Below, piece after piece: positions 1 through 9,322 of a DNA stretch of 64,000 bases (position 1 is the first letter of the stretch; the number at the start of each line of letters is the position of its first letter). The stretch lies in the NCBI GenBank assembly GCA_050250895.1, contig JBFWNU010000001.1:1956791-2020790 (forward strand), in the 5' to 3' direction. The DNA comes from Vulcanimicrobiota bacterium. Lineage in GTDB: Bacteria; Vulcanimicrobiota; Xenobia; Xenobiales; JADMJV01. A program made the translations under genes and the position numbers. Under the pieces are notes generated by a model. That model made no database searches. It saw only the letters and a program-made list of their open reading frames with translations, and was not told the DNA's origin.

Positions 1-100
1 GGGGTGGCGTGCTTCGTTCGGGTGGCCGACAACCGTTCGGTCAGGTCCCAGACCATCCCTGTCCCGGACCGTCACCGGGAAGGCGTCCAGTTAGCGAGCT

Positions 101-760
101 TCACAAAGTGCCGGGGAACTTGATTCCCTCGGGGGTCAGGTTGCGGGCGCGGTAGGCGGTCTTGAAGGCGTTCCATTCGTCTTCGTCGACCTCAACGAAC
201 TCATCCAGCTCCCATATGGGCTCCGTGCCGGGCTTGACCCCCTGGAGGGCCGCCAGGAAGGTTTGGTGGTGCCACCGGTCCCGCTGGGCCATCTTGAAGT
301 AGCGGACCAGCAGACGGGCCGGCCAGGCCGTCAGGAGCGTGCCCGGGTCGGGCCCGTGATAGGTGGCGCTCACCAGGGCTGCCATCTCCAGCCAGGCGGC
401 CTCCTCGTGGTCAGCGTGGCGCGGCCGTCGTGACTTCGACACTTTGCCCCGCTGGTAGGTCTGAAACAGCTCGGCCAGGCCGTTCAGCTGGTCCTGCAGG
501 TCGAACAGCTGGGTCGTCTGGTCGAGGTCGAGTTCAGCGGCCAGCTGGCGGGCGTCCGGGCTTGCGCGCAGGATGAAAGCGACCAGCTGGCGGCGGGCCA
601 GTTCCTCTCTGCCGGCCGTCAGGGCGTCTCGATAGCGGCCCCGGAGCTGCAAGAACTCCCTTAGCTCCATGGCCGTGGGTTCGCGGAGCGTGGCCACCAC
701 GTGGCCGGCGGCCAGCGGCAGAACGACTTCTTCGGACCGGAATAGCTCGAATGGCCTCAT
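101..760 (-). CDS. Phage protein, putative tail assembly chaperone-like (paralog of 4386..4916)
   Basis: ATGA overlap with the TMP stop; shares RxEEvVL.L..G and LQD.lN.l.ElF segments with the gene upstream of the TMP. Confidence 0.6.
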   Translation of the reverse strand: MRPFELFRSEEVVLPLAAGHVVATLREPTAMELREFLQLRGRYRDALTAGREELARRQLVAFILRASPDARQLAAELDLDQTTQLFDLQDQLNGLAELFQTYQRGKVSKSRRPRHADHEEAAWLEMAALVSATYHGPDPGTLLTAWPARLLVRYFKMAQRDRWHHQTFLAALQGVKPGTEPIWELDEFVEVDEDEWNAFKTAYRARNLTPEGIKFPGTL

Positions 761-3700
761 GAACCCAGCCTCCCGGCTCCGCCGTCGCGCAGGCTGCCCC
801 GCTTGACCTGCTTGGCAATCTCTTGGGCCACCTGGTTGACCAGCTCTTCAATCTTCGGCGTAACGGTGACGTGAGGGCCGAAGGTGGTGTGAAACGTCTG
901 GTTGATGGTGGTCGGAGCCGACTTCGGTGCGCCACCCGAGTCCAATGGCGACCCCTTTGGCGTGGCGGCCTTCCGCTGGGCCTGGCCGATGTCCTCGAAG
1001 GTGGGCACCTGCGGAGCCGTCTGAGCGGCGGCCGCCCGCAGACTGTCGACCACGCCGGCGCGGTCAAGCTTGTCACTGAGTCGCTCCCGAAACAGCTCCT
1101 GCGCCCTCTGCAGCCGCGGCGTGTCCCGCTCGACGGCCGCGGTGCGTCGGCTCTCGTCGATTTGGGAGACCAACTCCAGGCCCAGCTGGTTCGAGCGCCG
1201 GAAAGAATCGGCCCGGCGGGCCCGGTCGTCAGTTGCCTTCGCCCGCAGGTCGGCCAAGCTCGGGGCTGTGCTGCCGCCGGTCAGGGCCTGGTCAGGTGTC
1301 AGCCGCGGGTCGGCCGTCGGGGTTGGCCCTTCAGGCGCTCCTGCAGGAGGTTGCAGGCTTGCAGTTGCTGTTTGCAGGCCGGTTTGCGCGTTCTGCCGGG
1401 CTACGCCTGCGGCCTGGTCCTTCTCCTGCTCCGCGAGCTCACGCTTCCGGTTGATGGTCCCCTCGCGCAGGATGGCTTCGCGCTTGAGGCGTGCCTTCTG
1501 CTCGGCCAGCTCGCGGTCTTTGCCGGCGGCCAGGTCGGCTTGCAGCTCCCGGTCGATGGCCTCGAGGCGAACCTTCTGCAGCTCGAGCCGCTTGGCCATC
1601 AGCTGGTCTTCGACGGCTTCGCCGGCTTGCAGGCGGGTTTGAAGGAGGTCGATTTCTTGTTGAACGGCTTGAATCTGCAGGGCGGCCACCTCATCGGCCT
1701 GCGCCCGCCGCTCGTTGGTGATTTGCTGTTCGAGGCCCAGCCGCTCGCGGGCCAGGCCACGAAGTTCCTGGTCGGCCGTCGCGGTGTCGATGCTGCCACG
1801 GCGCTGGGCGGACTTGATGAGGGCTATGGCCCGGGCGTTCGCCTCAAGGCGCTGGGTGGCGTTGGTGGCCCCGGCAGAGAAGTCGGCAACCTGCTGTTTG
1901 AGCTGGTTGAAGTTGTCGGCCAGGGCCTTCGTGGCCTGCTGGCCCCGCTCACCGGTCAGCCGGTCTGTGAACTCCTTCAGCTGCTCGCTCAACTCGGGGT
2001 AGTCGTCCAGCAGCTGGCGGTTCTTGTCTCGCCACTTCTGCAGGCTGGTCAAGACGAGGTCGATTTGGTCGACCACCTCGGCGGCCGTCGCGCCCTGCTG
2101 GTTCTTGACCTCGGTCACCGCTTGTGTGGCGGCTTTGAGCTGGCCTTCCACCAGCTTCTTGGCCGTTTCCTCGGCGTCTTTGGCCTCTTGGGCCCTGACG
2201 GCCTTGATTTTCTCGCGAATCTGAATCGCATCATCGAGGCCGGCCTGGCCGAGACGCTTGGCGGCCGCCAGGGCGCGCTCTAGCTCGGCGATCTCTTCCG
2301 AGGTCGACACTTCGCGCAGGGACTTCTGCTCCCGAAGGCTCCGCTCGACGGCGTCGACCTCTTCTTTGGCCTTCTGCTGGGTCTTGTCCGTGATAGAGGA
2401 CTGCAGCTGTTCCCGGGTCTTGAGCAGGCCGAGCTGCTCCTGAATGACAGCGCGTTGCTGCTCGGTCACCTGGTCGGCACCTTCCAACAGGGCGCGCTGC
2501 AAGCCCTCGAAGGAGGTCGGGAGGGCGGCCTTCTTCAGCTTTTCGTTGTTCCGGGCTAGCTGGGCATCGAGTTCGGAGAGGGCCCCCTTCAGGTTGTCCA
2601 CCGAACCGGTGGCGCCAGCGAAGTTGAGGTAGTCTTTGAGCCGGGCCGTCTCCTCTGTCAGGGCCTTCAGGTCCGGGCTGATGGCCGCGACCTTCTGCTG
2701 AGCCTGGCGCAGAGCCGTCGCCTCCTGGCCCAGGTCGCTGAACTCCTGCTGGAGGAGCTGTAAAGCTTCGTTTGCTTCGTCTACGCTCACATACCAGCTG
2801 TCAGGGAACAGCGTCTTCAGCTCGTCGGTGACTTGGATGGTGGAATCCGTGATGGGCGGGGCTTTGGCGATGGCCTCTTGCAGGGCCTGAATCTGCCTGC
2901 GGCGCTCGTCGGCAGCTTCCCGGTTCTCGGCCAGCTTTTTCTTCAGCTCGTCGAGCGTATAGCCGAGGGCCACCAGCCGGGCCGCGAGCCTGCCGGCGGG
3001 GATGTTGTCAAGCGCCTTGCCGAACTGCTCGGCGAACTTGCTGGCGTCGTTGGTGCGCTCCACGAAGACGCCCTGCTCTTTGGCCAGGTCGTTGACCACC
3101 GAGGTGATTGACCGAAGGGTCGCGCGGGAATCCTGGATGGTCCGGGCCTGCTCGCCAATCGCCTGGCCGAGCCGCTCCTGGGTTCGAGCATAGTTCAGGG
3201 TGGCCAGGTTGGCGATGGCCAAGGCAGCGACCAGCGGCCCGGCGATGGTGGTGGTCAAGATGGTCATGACCCCGCCCACCGTGCCGGCCACCGCACCGAG
3301 GCCCTTCAGGGCGCTGCCGGTCACGACGGCCGCCCGGCCAGCTGCTGGGAAGCCGTTGACCGCGGCAAGGGCCAACTGCTGGTTCATCGCGGCCAGGCCG
3401 GCGGTGGCAGTGACGGCGCCCCCGCCGAGCACCAGCAGACCGGCGGTGGCCACCGCTCCGAAGGTGGCTATCTGCCGGAAGGTGTCGGGCACGGAACCGG
3501 CAACCTCAACCATCTTCGTGAAGATTTGCGCACCGACTTGGACCGCCGGCGCCAGGTCGTCGCCGAACTTCGCGGCGAAGTTCGTGACGGCATCGGCCGC
3601 GTTCGAGAGGCTGCCTTGCAGGGTCTTGGCTTGACGGTCGATAGCCCCCCCGAAACGAACTTGGATGAGCCGCAGGAGGGCCTGCCGGGCCTTCTCGAGG

Positions 3701-4386
3701 TCCTCGCCGGCCACGGTCGCGACGCTGCCCGTCTTGGTGAGGACGGCGCCGTATTTCTTCAGGTCCTGGCTCGACACTCCGTAGGTGTTGCGGAGTGACT
3801 CGAAGCCCTCGAGGCTGCCGGACAGCGCCTTCCCTACGACAAGGGCCGTCTCGTTGAGGTTGCGGCCCATCCCCGCGGCCAGGTCGGCCACGCGGGGAAG
3901 GACTTCCTGGCTCCGCTGCCCGTAGACCTCGAGTTGAACAGTGGCTTCGACAATGCCCCGCACATCAAACGGTGTACGAGCTGCCAGCTGCTTGGCTGCC
4001 TCGAGGGTCTTTTGGGCCCTGGCCGACGAACCCTGAACGGTCTCGAGTCTGCCCTGCAGTTGCTCGAACTCGCTGGAGATGCGAACGGCGTTGGCCAGGA
4101 TGAGGGCCAGCCCGGCACCGGCCGCAGCGGCGGCCACGCCGAAGCCCTTGCCCAGCTCGGTGACCTGGCCTTGGAGCTCCCGATGGTCGTTCTTGACATG
4201 TTCCAGCTCGTTGCTGAGTCCGCGGAAGCGCTCGGTCGCGCCCCTTCCGACCTGGTCCAATTGGACGTTCGCCTCTCGGGCTGCGCGTCCCACCCTGTCG
4301 ATGCCCTTCTCGAGGTCATCAAGGGTCTTCCTGAAAGAGGGGTCTGTCCGAGCGAGAACCTTGAAGATAAGAGCGGTTTCTGGCAT
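757..4386 (-). CDS. Phage tail tape measure protein
   Basis: 1209 aa; tape-measure motif (AKQLAARTPFDV..IVEATVQL...DLAAGMG), Gly/Ala hydrophobic segments, long coiled coils. Confidence 0.88.
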   Translation of the reverse strand: MPETALIFKVLARTDPSFRKTLDDLEKGIDRVGRAAREANVQLDQVGRGATERFRGLSNELEHVKNDHRELQGQVTELGKGFGVAAAAAGAGLALILANAVRISSEFEQLQGRLETVQGSSARAQKTLEAAKQLAARTPFDVRGIVEATVQLEVYGQRSQEVLPRVADLAAGMGRNLNETALVVGKALSGSLEGFESLRNTYGVSSQDLKKYGAVLTKTGSVATVAGEDLEKARQALLRLIQVRFGGAIDRQAKTLQGSLSNAADAVTNFAAKFGDDLAPAVQVGAQIFTKMVEVAGSVPDTFRQIATFGAVATAGLLVLGGGAVTATAGLAAMNQQLALAAVNGFPAAGRAAVVTGSALKGLGAVAGTVGGVMTILTTTIAGPLVAALAIANLATLNYARTQERLGQAIGEQARTIQDSRATLRSITSVVNDLAKEQGVFVERTNDASKFAEQFGKALDNIPAGRLAARLVALGYTLDELKKKLAENREAADERRRQIQALQEAIAKAPPITDSTIQVTDELKTLFPDSWYVSVDEANEALQLLQQEFSDLGQEATALRQAQQKVAAISPDLKALTEETARLKDYLNFAGATGSVDNLKGALSELDAQLARNNEKLKKAALPTSFEGLQRALLEGADQVTEQQRAVIQEQLGLLKTREQLQSSITDKTQQKAKEEVDAVERSLREQKSLREVSTSEEIAELERALAAAKRLGQAGLDDAIQIREKIKAVRAQEAKDAEETAKKLVEGQLKAATQAVTEVKNQQGATAAEVVDQIDLVLTSLQKWRDKNRQLLDDYPELSEQLKEFTDRLTGERGQQATKALADNFNQLKQQVADFSAGATNATQRLEANARAIALIKSAQRRGSIDTATADQELRGLARERLGLEQQITNERRAQADEVAALQIQAVQQEIDLLQTRLQAGEAVEDQLMAKRLELQKVRLEAIDRELQADLAAGKDRELAEQKARLKREAILREGTINRKRELAEQEKDQAAGVARQNAQTGLQTATASLQPPAGAPEGPTPTADPRLTPDQALTGGSTAPSLADLRAKATDDRARRADSFRRSNQLGLELVSQIDESRRTAAVERDTPRLQRAQELFRERLSDKLDRAGVVDSLRAAAAQTAPQVPTFEDIGQAQRKAATPKGSPLDSGGAPKSAPTTINQTFHTTFGPHVTVTPKIEELVNQVAQEIAKQVKRGSLRDGGAGRLGS

Positions 4387-4916
4387 CAGTCCTCCTGCAT
4401 GATGCGGTCGGTCGCCTGCTTGACCGCGGCTTGCTCGTAGAGTCGAAGGCCGTGCTCGAAGATCTCGTCGATCTGGTTGACCCGGTCTTGAAGGGCCAGC
4501 ACAGCTTGAACGGTCTCCAGGCTACACTGGCGCAGCAGGTCGGGGTCGGCCGGTGGCCCGCCGTCGGTCGGGTGGCGGAGCGCCTGCAGCAGCAATCCGG
4601 TCAGGTTCGACAGCATCCTTTCGACGGCGTCGGCCATCGTCGGGGCCTCGGTGCCCATGTCCTGGATGTCAGCCAGAGCAGATCGAGCTGCATCCTCCTG
4701 GGCCTGCAGGTAGACCGGCAGCTGGTCGAGCGGCCAGGCCGTCACGGCGAAGGTCCGGCTCGAGCCGTCGGTCAGCTCGAGCACGAACTCTTCTCGGCGA
4801 GGGCGCAGGATGAGGCGCCCTTCCTCGTCGCGGGGTAGGTCCAACTCGGGCCGCGGCCGGGCCTGCACGGCGAAGTTGGCAAAGAGGCCAACGAGGGGGG
4901 AGAGGGAGGTATTCAT
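4386..4916 (-). CDS. Putative tail assembly chaperone (MNTSLSP..., 176 aa)
   Basis: Immediately upstream of the TMP; ATG at 4916 overlaps the TGA of the previous gene; the longer 5417 start in the track is judged spurious. Confidence 0.6.
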   Translation of the reverse strand: MNTSLSPLVGLFANFAVQARPRPELDLPRDEEGRLILRPRREEFVLELTDGSSRTFAVTAWPLDQLPVYLQAQEDAARSALADIQDMGTEAPTMADAVERMLSNLTGLLLQALRHPTDGGPPADPDLLRQCSLETVQAVLALQDRVNQIDEIFEHGLRLYEQAAVKQATDRIMQED

Positions 4917-5218
4917 CTGTTCTTCTTCCTTTCGGGTTTGGTTGAGACGCGAAGCGCCTCCGTAAAGGCCAGGGTGAGGCCGAGAACAAAGGCGTCCCAG
5001 CTTTCGGGCGTGTAGGCCCAGGGCTTGCCAGCTCCGCCGTGAGCCGACTTCCCAGCCTGGTGAGTGACCTTTTCGAAATCGCCTTCCGTCCACCAACAGC
5101 CCTCCGCTTCGCACTGGTCGAGGATGCCGACAAACTTCTCTTTGCCGTCGACGTGAAGGGCGATGGTTTCCCGTTGGTTGTCGGGGTTGCGGTCCCACTT
5201 GAAAACGATCTGGTTCAC
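4913..5218 (-). CDS. Hypothetical phage protein
   Basis: GGAGG SD upstream of GTG; coupled to the downstream gene. Confidence 0.7.
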   Translation of the reverse strand: MNQIVFKWDRNPDNQRETIALHVDGKEKFVGILDQCEAEGCWWTEGDFEKVTHQAGKSAHGGAGKPWAYTPESWDAFVLGLTLAFTEALRVSTKPERKKNR

Positions 5219-5226
5219 GGGTCCTC

Positions 5227-5616
5227 CTAGAACGGGATGTCGTCAATCCCGAGGCCGTCGCTTTGCCTCGGTGGTTGGGGCTGCCGGCGAGGTTCCTGGG
5301 CCGGCGGGGCCTGCTGGGGTGGCGCCGCCTGCAGGTAGACCTGCAAGTCCGGGTCGCGGTCGTCGTTCTTCTGCTGGTTGGCGAAGACCAGCACGCGAGC
5401 GCCGCCGAGGCGGCCAACGTAGTAGCGGGTTCCGTTCTTGGATTCGCGGGCCCAGAGGCCGCAGAGCGGGACCTTCGCGGGATAGGATTCGCTCATCGAG
5501 TTGCCTTTCTGCCCGCTTGGCACGGGCTTGGGTTTGGTGGGTGGAGTGGGGGTGGGTTGATTTAGTGGTCGGTAGAAGTCGATAGCAGCCTGACGGGCCG
5601 CTCGTGAACGGTTCAT
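5227..5616 (-). CDS. SSB-like / DUF736-like ssDNA-binding protein
   Basis: GLWARESKNG.RYYVG core, Pro/Gln linker, acidic C-terminal DDIPF tail; start at 5616 (ATGA overlap, SD) or 5496. Confidence 0.7.
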   Translation of the reverse strand: MNRSRAARQAAIDFYRPLNQPTPTPPTKPKPVPSGQKGNSMSESYPAKVPLCGLWARESKNGTRYYVGRLGGARVLVFANQQKNDDRDPDLQVYLQAAPPQQAPPAQEPRRQPQPPRQSDGLGIDDIPF

Positions 5617-5864
5617 AGTTCCTCCAGGTGGGGTAGGATGGCCCGGCTGGCCGCCAGGTTCCACGGCGCGGGCTTCAGGGCGCAGGGCTTGGCCACGAAG
5701 TACTCGCGACCGCCGTAGGTGAAGGTCTCACCCCAAAAAGCTAGCTCGACATCCTCCACCAGCCTGGCCCGCCCGATGAGCTGGCCTTCAACGACAAGGT
5801 CGACCAGGGCGACCACGGGCGGGGCTGGGATTTCTGGATACCAGCAAACAAAAGACACCTTCAT
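5613..5864 (-). CDS. Hypothetical phage protein
   Basis: MKVSFVCW... start overlaps the Rep stop (ATGA). Confidence 0.6.
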   Translation of the reverse strand: MKVSFVCWYPEIPAPPVVALVDLVVEGQLIGRARLVEDVELAFWGETFTYGGREYFVAKPCALKPAPWNLAASRAILPHLEEL

Positions 5865-6712
5865 GCCGCCCCCCAACAGTCGACCGAAAGCGCCTGGTCG
5901 GCGAGGTCGAAGAGTCGCTTCAGGGGGCAGCACCTGCCTAGCGAGCCAGTTTCCATCTCCTCCTGGACGCGAGCGAAGGCTTCTCTGATAGCTTGCTGGA
6001 GTTTGTGGGGTGGTAGGGGGAGGTCTAGGAAGTCTTGTTTTCGCTTTTGCACATACCGCGGGGCCCGGCTCATCTTGCTGGGGGCCAGACGGGTAAGCAG
6101 CTTCTGAAGCCAGGAATCGAAGAGAATCTTCCCACCTCCCCCCTCTTGGGGGGTAAGGGGGGTACTGTCTTTATGTCTTTCCTTGTCTTTAGACCCCTCG
6201 GAAAGGCTTTTGCCAGAAGGCTCAGACGGGGGTGAAAGGGGGGCCTGGAGGGAACCCTTTGTGGGGGCCTGGAGGGTACCCTTTCTGTGCCCTCCGGTAT
6301 CCCCTTTCTCATGCGAAAGGGTTCCCGGAGCTACCCCCTTTTCTTGGTCTGAAAGGGGTCCCTCCGGTATCCCCTTTTCATCGGGTCGGGCCGTACGACT
6401 CGAACCCTTGGGGGTGTTGGGTGGTGGTGGCCAGTTCAAGCTGAGTTCACTCTTGGCGCCGCGGTGGGTGCCTTGAGCGTGTCGGTGAAGTAGGCCGGCG
6501 CTTGTCAGGCTCCGAAGAGCTGTGCGAATCACCTTCTTGGTGTGGCCCGTCAATGTCATCAGCTCAGCGACAGTGATACGCACCCGCTCAACCCTCCATC
6601 CCCAGGTTTCGCGCTCGATGATGTCCAGAACGTCGCGCTCTGAGCCACGCAGGCCCTGTTTCGCAAGGTGCCGCGGCCAATCGTTCGGCCGTTGATACCA
6701 ACCGTGACTCAT
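5861..6712 (-). CDS. Phage replication initiator (lambda O-like N-terminal winged helix)
   Basis: ERDVLDII.RETWGW...I.V.EL..LTG....I..AL..L motif; central low-complexity region encoded by DNA repeats. Confidence 0.75.
   Translation of the reverse strand: MSHGWYQRPNDWPRHLAKQGLRGSERDVLDIIERETWGWRVERVRITVAELMTLTGHTKKVIRTALRSLTSAGLLHRHAQGTHRGAKSELSLNWPPPPNTPKGSSRTARPDEKGIPEGPLSDQEKGVAPGTLSHEKGDTGGHRKGTLQAPTKGSLQAPLSPPSEPSGKSLSEGSKDKERHKDSTPLTPQEGGGGKILFDSWLQKLLTRLAPSKMSRAPRYVQKRKQDFLDLPLPPHKLQQAIREAFARVQEEMETGSLGRCCPLKRLFDLADQALSVDCWGAA
6234..6380. repeat. Iteron-like repeats within rep (putative origin)
   Basis: GGGGGCCTGGAGGG(A/T)ACCCTTT at 6239 and 6263; CCCTCCGGTATCCCCTTT at 6290 and 6360; repeated GAAAGGG...CCCTTT quasi-palindromes. 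Confidence 0.7.
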
Positions 6713-8103
6713 TGGAGGTCGCCTCCGAAGTCAAGACTGTCCCAGCTCTCGTCTGGGACGGATTCGCAAACCTGCCGGGGCACAAGAGCCGGCTCAAACC
6801 GGGTGAGTCGTCCCACCCATCGAAGCCGGATGTTGACGAGCTCGCCGTTTCGGCGCTTGCGCACGTAGAGCCACGCCTCTTCTGGGTCGGCGTTCTTGCT
6901 GAACATCACCGGCCGATGGAGCATCAAGACCAGGTCGGCATCCTGTTCCAGGTGGCCCGACTCGCGAAGGTCGCTCAGCTGAGGGGTCTTGTCTGGGCGC
7001 CTTGTCACGTCGCGGCTCAGCTGACACAGCACGATGACGGCCAGGCCGGTGCGCCGAGATAAGGCCTGCAGGACCCTGCTCGCCTCGCTGGTCTGCTCAT
7101 AGTCGCGCCGGCCGAGGTGGCCCAGGTGGTCGATGACCACCGCCTTGGCGTCGGGGTGCCGAATCACGAATCGCTCGATTTGACCCAGCACCGTGGCCAG
7201 CTCCTGGCCCGCGGGGCCCAGCTGGTCGAGGATGTAGAGCGGGCACCGGTCGCGCAGGCGCTCTTCCAGCTCGAGCGCCACGCCCGCTGAAGGCACGACC
7301 TCGCGGAGCTGGGCGACGTAGCGGCCGGCCAGTTCAGCGCCGGGCATCTCGCCGGACACGTAGAGCGTTGGCCCATGTTGGCCCGCGATGTGCTTTGCAA
7401 GAGCGCCCGTCAAAGCCGACTTGCCCATCGAGGGGCGTCCGGCGATGATGGTCATCGCGCCCAGCGGCAGGCCGCCGTTCTCATCGAGCGCCGGGAGCCC
7501 GGTAGTCAGGCCCGTCTTTGTGTCGGCGTTCTCCTGCAGTTCTCGGGCAAGCTCGGCCATGGCGTCGGCAATATGAACCGGCTCATGCCGAAGACCGCGC
7601 CCTGTGGCCCTGACCAGGTCGTCAGCGACCCTAATGGCCAGGGCCGTCGCGTCAGCGTCAGGCGACCGCAGTTCGCTCAGCAAGTGCCGGGCAGCGCGCT
7701 CTATCTCGCGCCGCTGGGCCTGCTTGACCACCAGGTCGACCAGGGCGAAGGCCGCCGAGTCGGTTGAGTCTACATCGGTGGCCAGTACGGCCTGAAGCGC
7801 CTCTGGGTCGAGGTGCTCGGCCAGCAGGTGAGGGTGAACCCGGTGGCCTCGCTTGACCAGCTCCCGCAGGCCGCGATAGCCGCGCCTGGCGGCCAGGTCC
7901 GCGAAGTCTGATTCTACGGCGACCCGCAGAAGGTAGGCGGTCCGGTTCTCCGACTCGAGGGCGCAACGGATGGCGCGCCGTTCGGTGAGGGCGGCCGGGG
8001 ACGTTTGCGCGTTGTCTTTGGATGGCGTAGTATGGTGGTGACGCCGTTTGTCACCCTTGCCCCCCTGGTCGCCAGCCTTCGGGGCTCTTTCATTTTCGGG
8101 CAT
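6709..8103 (-). CDS. DnaB-like replicative helicase (phage-encoded)
   Basis: Walker A AGRPSMGKS, IDHL, LCQLSR and LSDLRESGHLEQDADLV motifs. Confidence 0.92.
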   Translation of the reverse strand: MPENERAPKAGDQGGKGDKRRHHHTTPSKDNAQTSPAALTERRAIRCALESENRTAYLLRVAVESDFADLAARRGYRGLRELVKRGHRVHPHLLAEHLDPEALQAVLATDVDSTDSAAFALVDLVVKQAQRREIERAARHLLSELRSPDADATALAIRVADDLVRATGRGLRHEPVHIADAMAELARELQENADTKTGLTTGLPALDENGGLPLGAMTIIAGRPSMGKSALTGALAKHIAGQHGPTLYVSGEMPGAELAGRYVAQLREVVPSAGVALELEERLRDRCPLYILDQLGPAGQELATVLGQIERFVIRHPDAKAVVIDHLGHLGRRDYEQTSEASRVLQALSRRTGLAVIVLCQLSRDVTRRPDKTPQLSDLRESGHLEQDADLVLMLHRPVMFSKNADPEEAWLYVRKRRNGELVNIRLRWVGRLTRFEPALVPRQVCESVPDESWDSLDFGGDLQ

Positions 8104-8195
8104 CTTTCGTCCTTATGGCGGTGGAATCTGTAACTCCATCGTGTGATACCTCCTCACTGTCTTGACAGAAATTCAATCCGTCGGTCAAAAAAAAA

Positions 8196-8378
8196 TCAAT
8201 CGCCTTCGAGTAGCCGCCGCAACCGACACAAAGGCACCAGCAGGCGCCGTCCAACTCGGATTGTGGGGATGTCCCCCCGACGGGCTGCAGCATAGCTAGA
8301 CTGGCGGCCTAGACCAAGCATTCGGCCGGCCTTTGGCACAGAAATGGCCAGGGGCTTCTCTTCGGGCTTGGCATTCAC
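8196..8378 (-). CDS. Excisionase-like HTH protein
   Basis: AISVPKAGRMLGLGRQSSYAAARRGDIPTIRVGRRLLVP is a typical Xis/HTH_17 pattern; GTGA overlap with the cro stop. Confidence 0.8.
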   Translation of the reverse strand: MNAKPEEKPLAISVPKAGRMLGLGRQSSYAAARRGDIPTIRVGRRLLVPLCRLRRLLEGD

Positions 8379-8602
8379 GCCGAGGCCGCTTCCTGCTCGG
8401 TGGCCACCACCAGGGTTTCTACGGGTATGCCGGTGACCTTCGAAAGTCGCATGAGCACTCCCACGCTCACACCGATCACGCCCCCCATCTGCTGGTAAAA
8501 GGTGTCTTTGGTCACCCCGATTTTGTTGGCAAGCCAAACAAAGGTTCGACCTTCTCGCGCCTTCCAGCGCCGAAGCTCGCTCTGGTTGAGGCGATACTGC
8601 AT
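8375..8602 (-). CDS. Cro-like HTH regulator
   Basis: 75-aa HTH (WLANKIGVTKDTFYQ...LMRLSKVTGIPVETL), divergent from the repressor. Confidence 0.75.
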   Translation of the reverse strand: MQYRLNQSELRRWKAREGRTFVWLANKIGVTKDTFYQQMGGVIGVSVGVLMRLSKVTGIPVETLVVATEQEAASA

Positions 8603-8638
8603 GTCCAAAGCTTCAAGCCTCCTCTCTCTTGATTTAAA

Positions 8639-8724
8639 AAGTTTCAAACTTAGTTTACCATTGTCTGGAGGTTTGTCAATCTGATATGGTAAACTTGTTT
8701 GTATCATAAGTTTGGAACTTAGTT
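8639..8724. promoter_or_regulatory. Divergent switch region with operator candidates and a leftward promoter
   Basis: AT-rich; AAGTTTCAAACTT (8639-8651) and AAGTTTGGAACTT (8708-8720); inverted repeat AGTTTACCAT/ATGGTAAACT; minus-strand TTGACA at 8674-8679 with TG-N-TAAACT. Confidence 0.65.
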
Positions 8725-8728
8725 AGAT

Positions 8729-9322
8729 ATGAACTTCAAACAAAGTTTTGGGCGGCGTTTACGCTCTGCCCGCAATGAGCGCGGGCTTTCGCAACGCGAA
8801 TTAGCCGAGCTTCTGGGGGTGAGTGCGGCCGTGGTTTCGGATTGGGAGGTCGCCAAGTCGAGTCCTCAGCTCGAACGGCTGGAGCAAATAGCTTCTCACC
8901 TGCAGAAGTCACCGGCCTGGTTTTTTGTCGAGGAGGACGCCGGTTCAAGGGGTGTTGAGGTCGCGGCAAGCTCGCCAGAGATGGTCGACCTTTTGAACAG
9001 CGCAGCAGATTTCTGTGAACGCGAAGGTCAACGGGCGAAACTCCACGCCGAGGCTTTCGCCTGCTTTCAAAGATACTTCGAAGCCGTCGGTTCGATGACT
9101 CTTGCAAGCCTGTCGCAGGAGCAAAAGGAGGCTTTGAGTTTCACGACCACCCAGAGGCTATTCGACGCGGGTCAAATGGAACCGGAGGTGATGGAGTTCG
9201 CCGACGATGGCCCGGGAGTGGTGATTACTGGGAGTGACCTGCTAAACACTATTGAGGCGCACCTTGCGGGCTCATTGAGGGAGTTGCGTCGTCTTGACGC
9301 AGGCCGTGGGGGTCAAGCATGA
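8729..9322 (+). CDS. XRE-family (CI/Stl-like) repressor
   Basis: N-terminal HTH_3 (RLRSARNERGLSQRELAELLGVS...VSDWE); no recognisable S24 peptidase domain. Confidence 0.85.
   Translation: MNFKQSFGRRLRSARNERGLSQRELAELLGVSAAVVSDWEVAKSSPQLERLEQIASHLQKSPAWFFVEEDAGSRGVEVAASSPEMVDLLNSAADFCEREGQRAKLHAEAFACFQRYFEAVGSMTLASLSQEQKEALSFTTTQRLFDAGQMEPEVMEFADDGPGVVITGSDLLNTIEAHLAGSLRELRRLDAGRGGQA

Noticed and set aside
823-2283. Long antisense ORFs (also 16804..18333, 32754..34286, 49025..50386, 50283..51674, 61462..62604, 62707..63570)
   Set aside because: Shadows of real genes on the other strand, as expected at high GC; no protein motifs
8162-8195. TTGAC...GTCAA hairpin with an A9 run as a terminator or phase-variable tract
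   Set aside because: The run is on the wrong side for a leftward terminator and is probably intergenic, so no function can be supported
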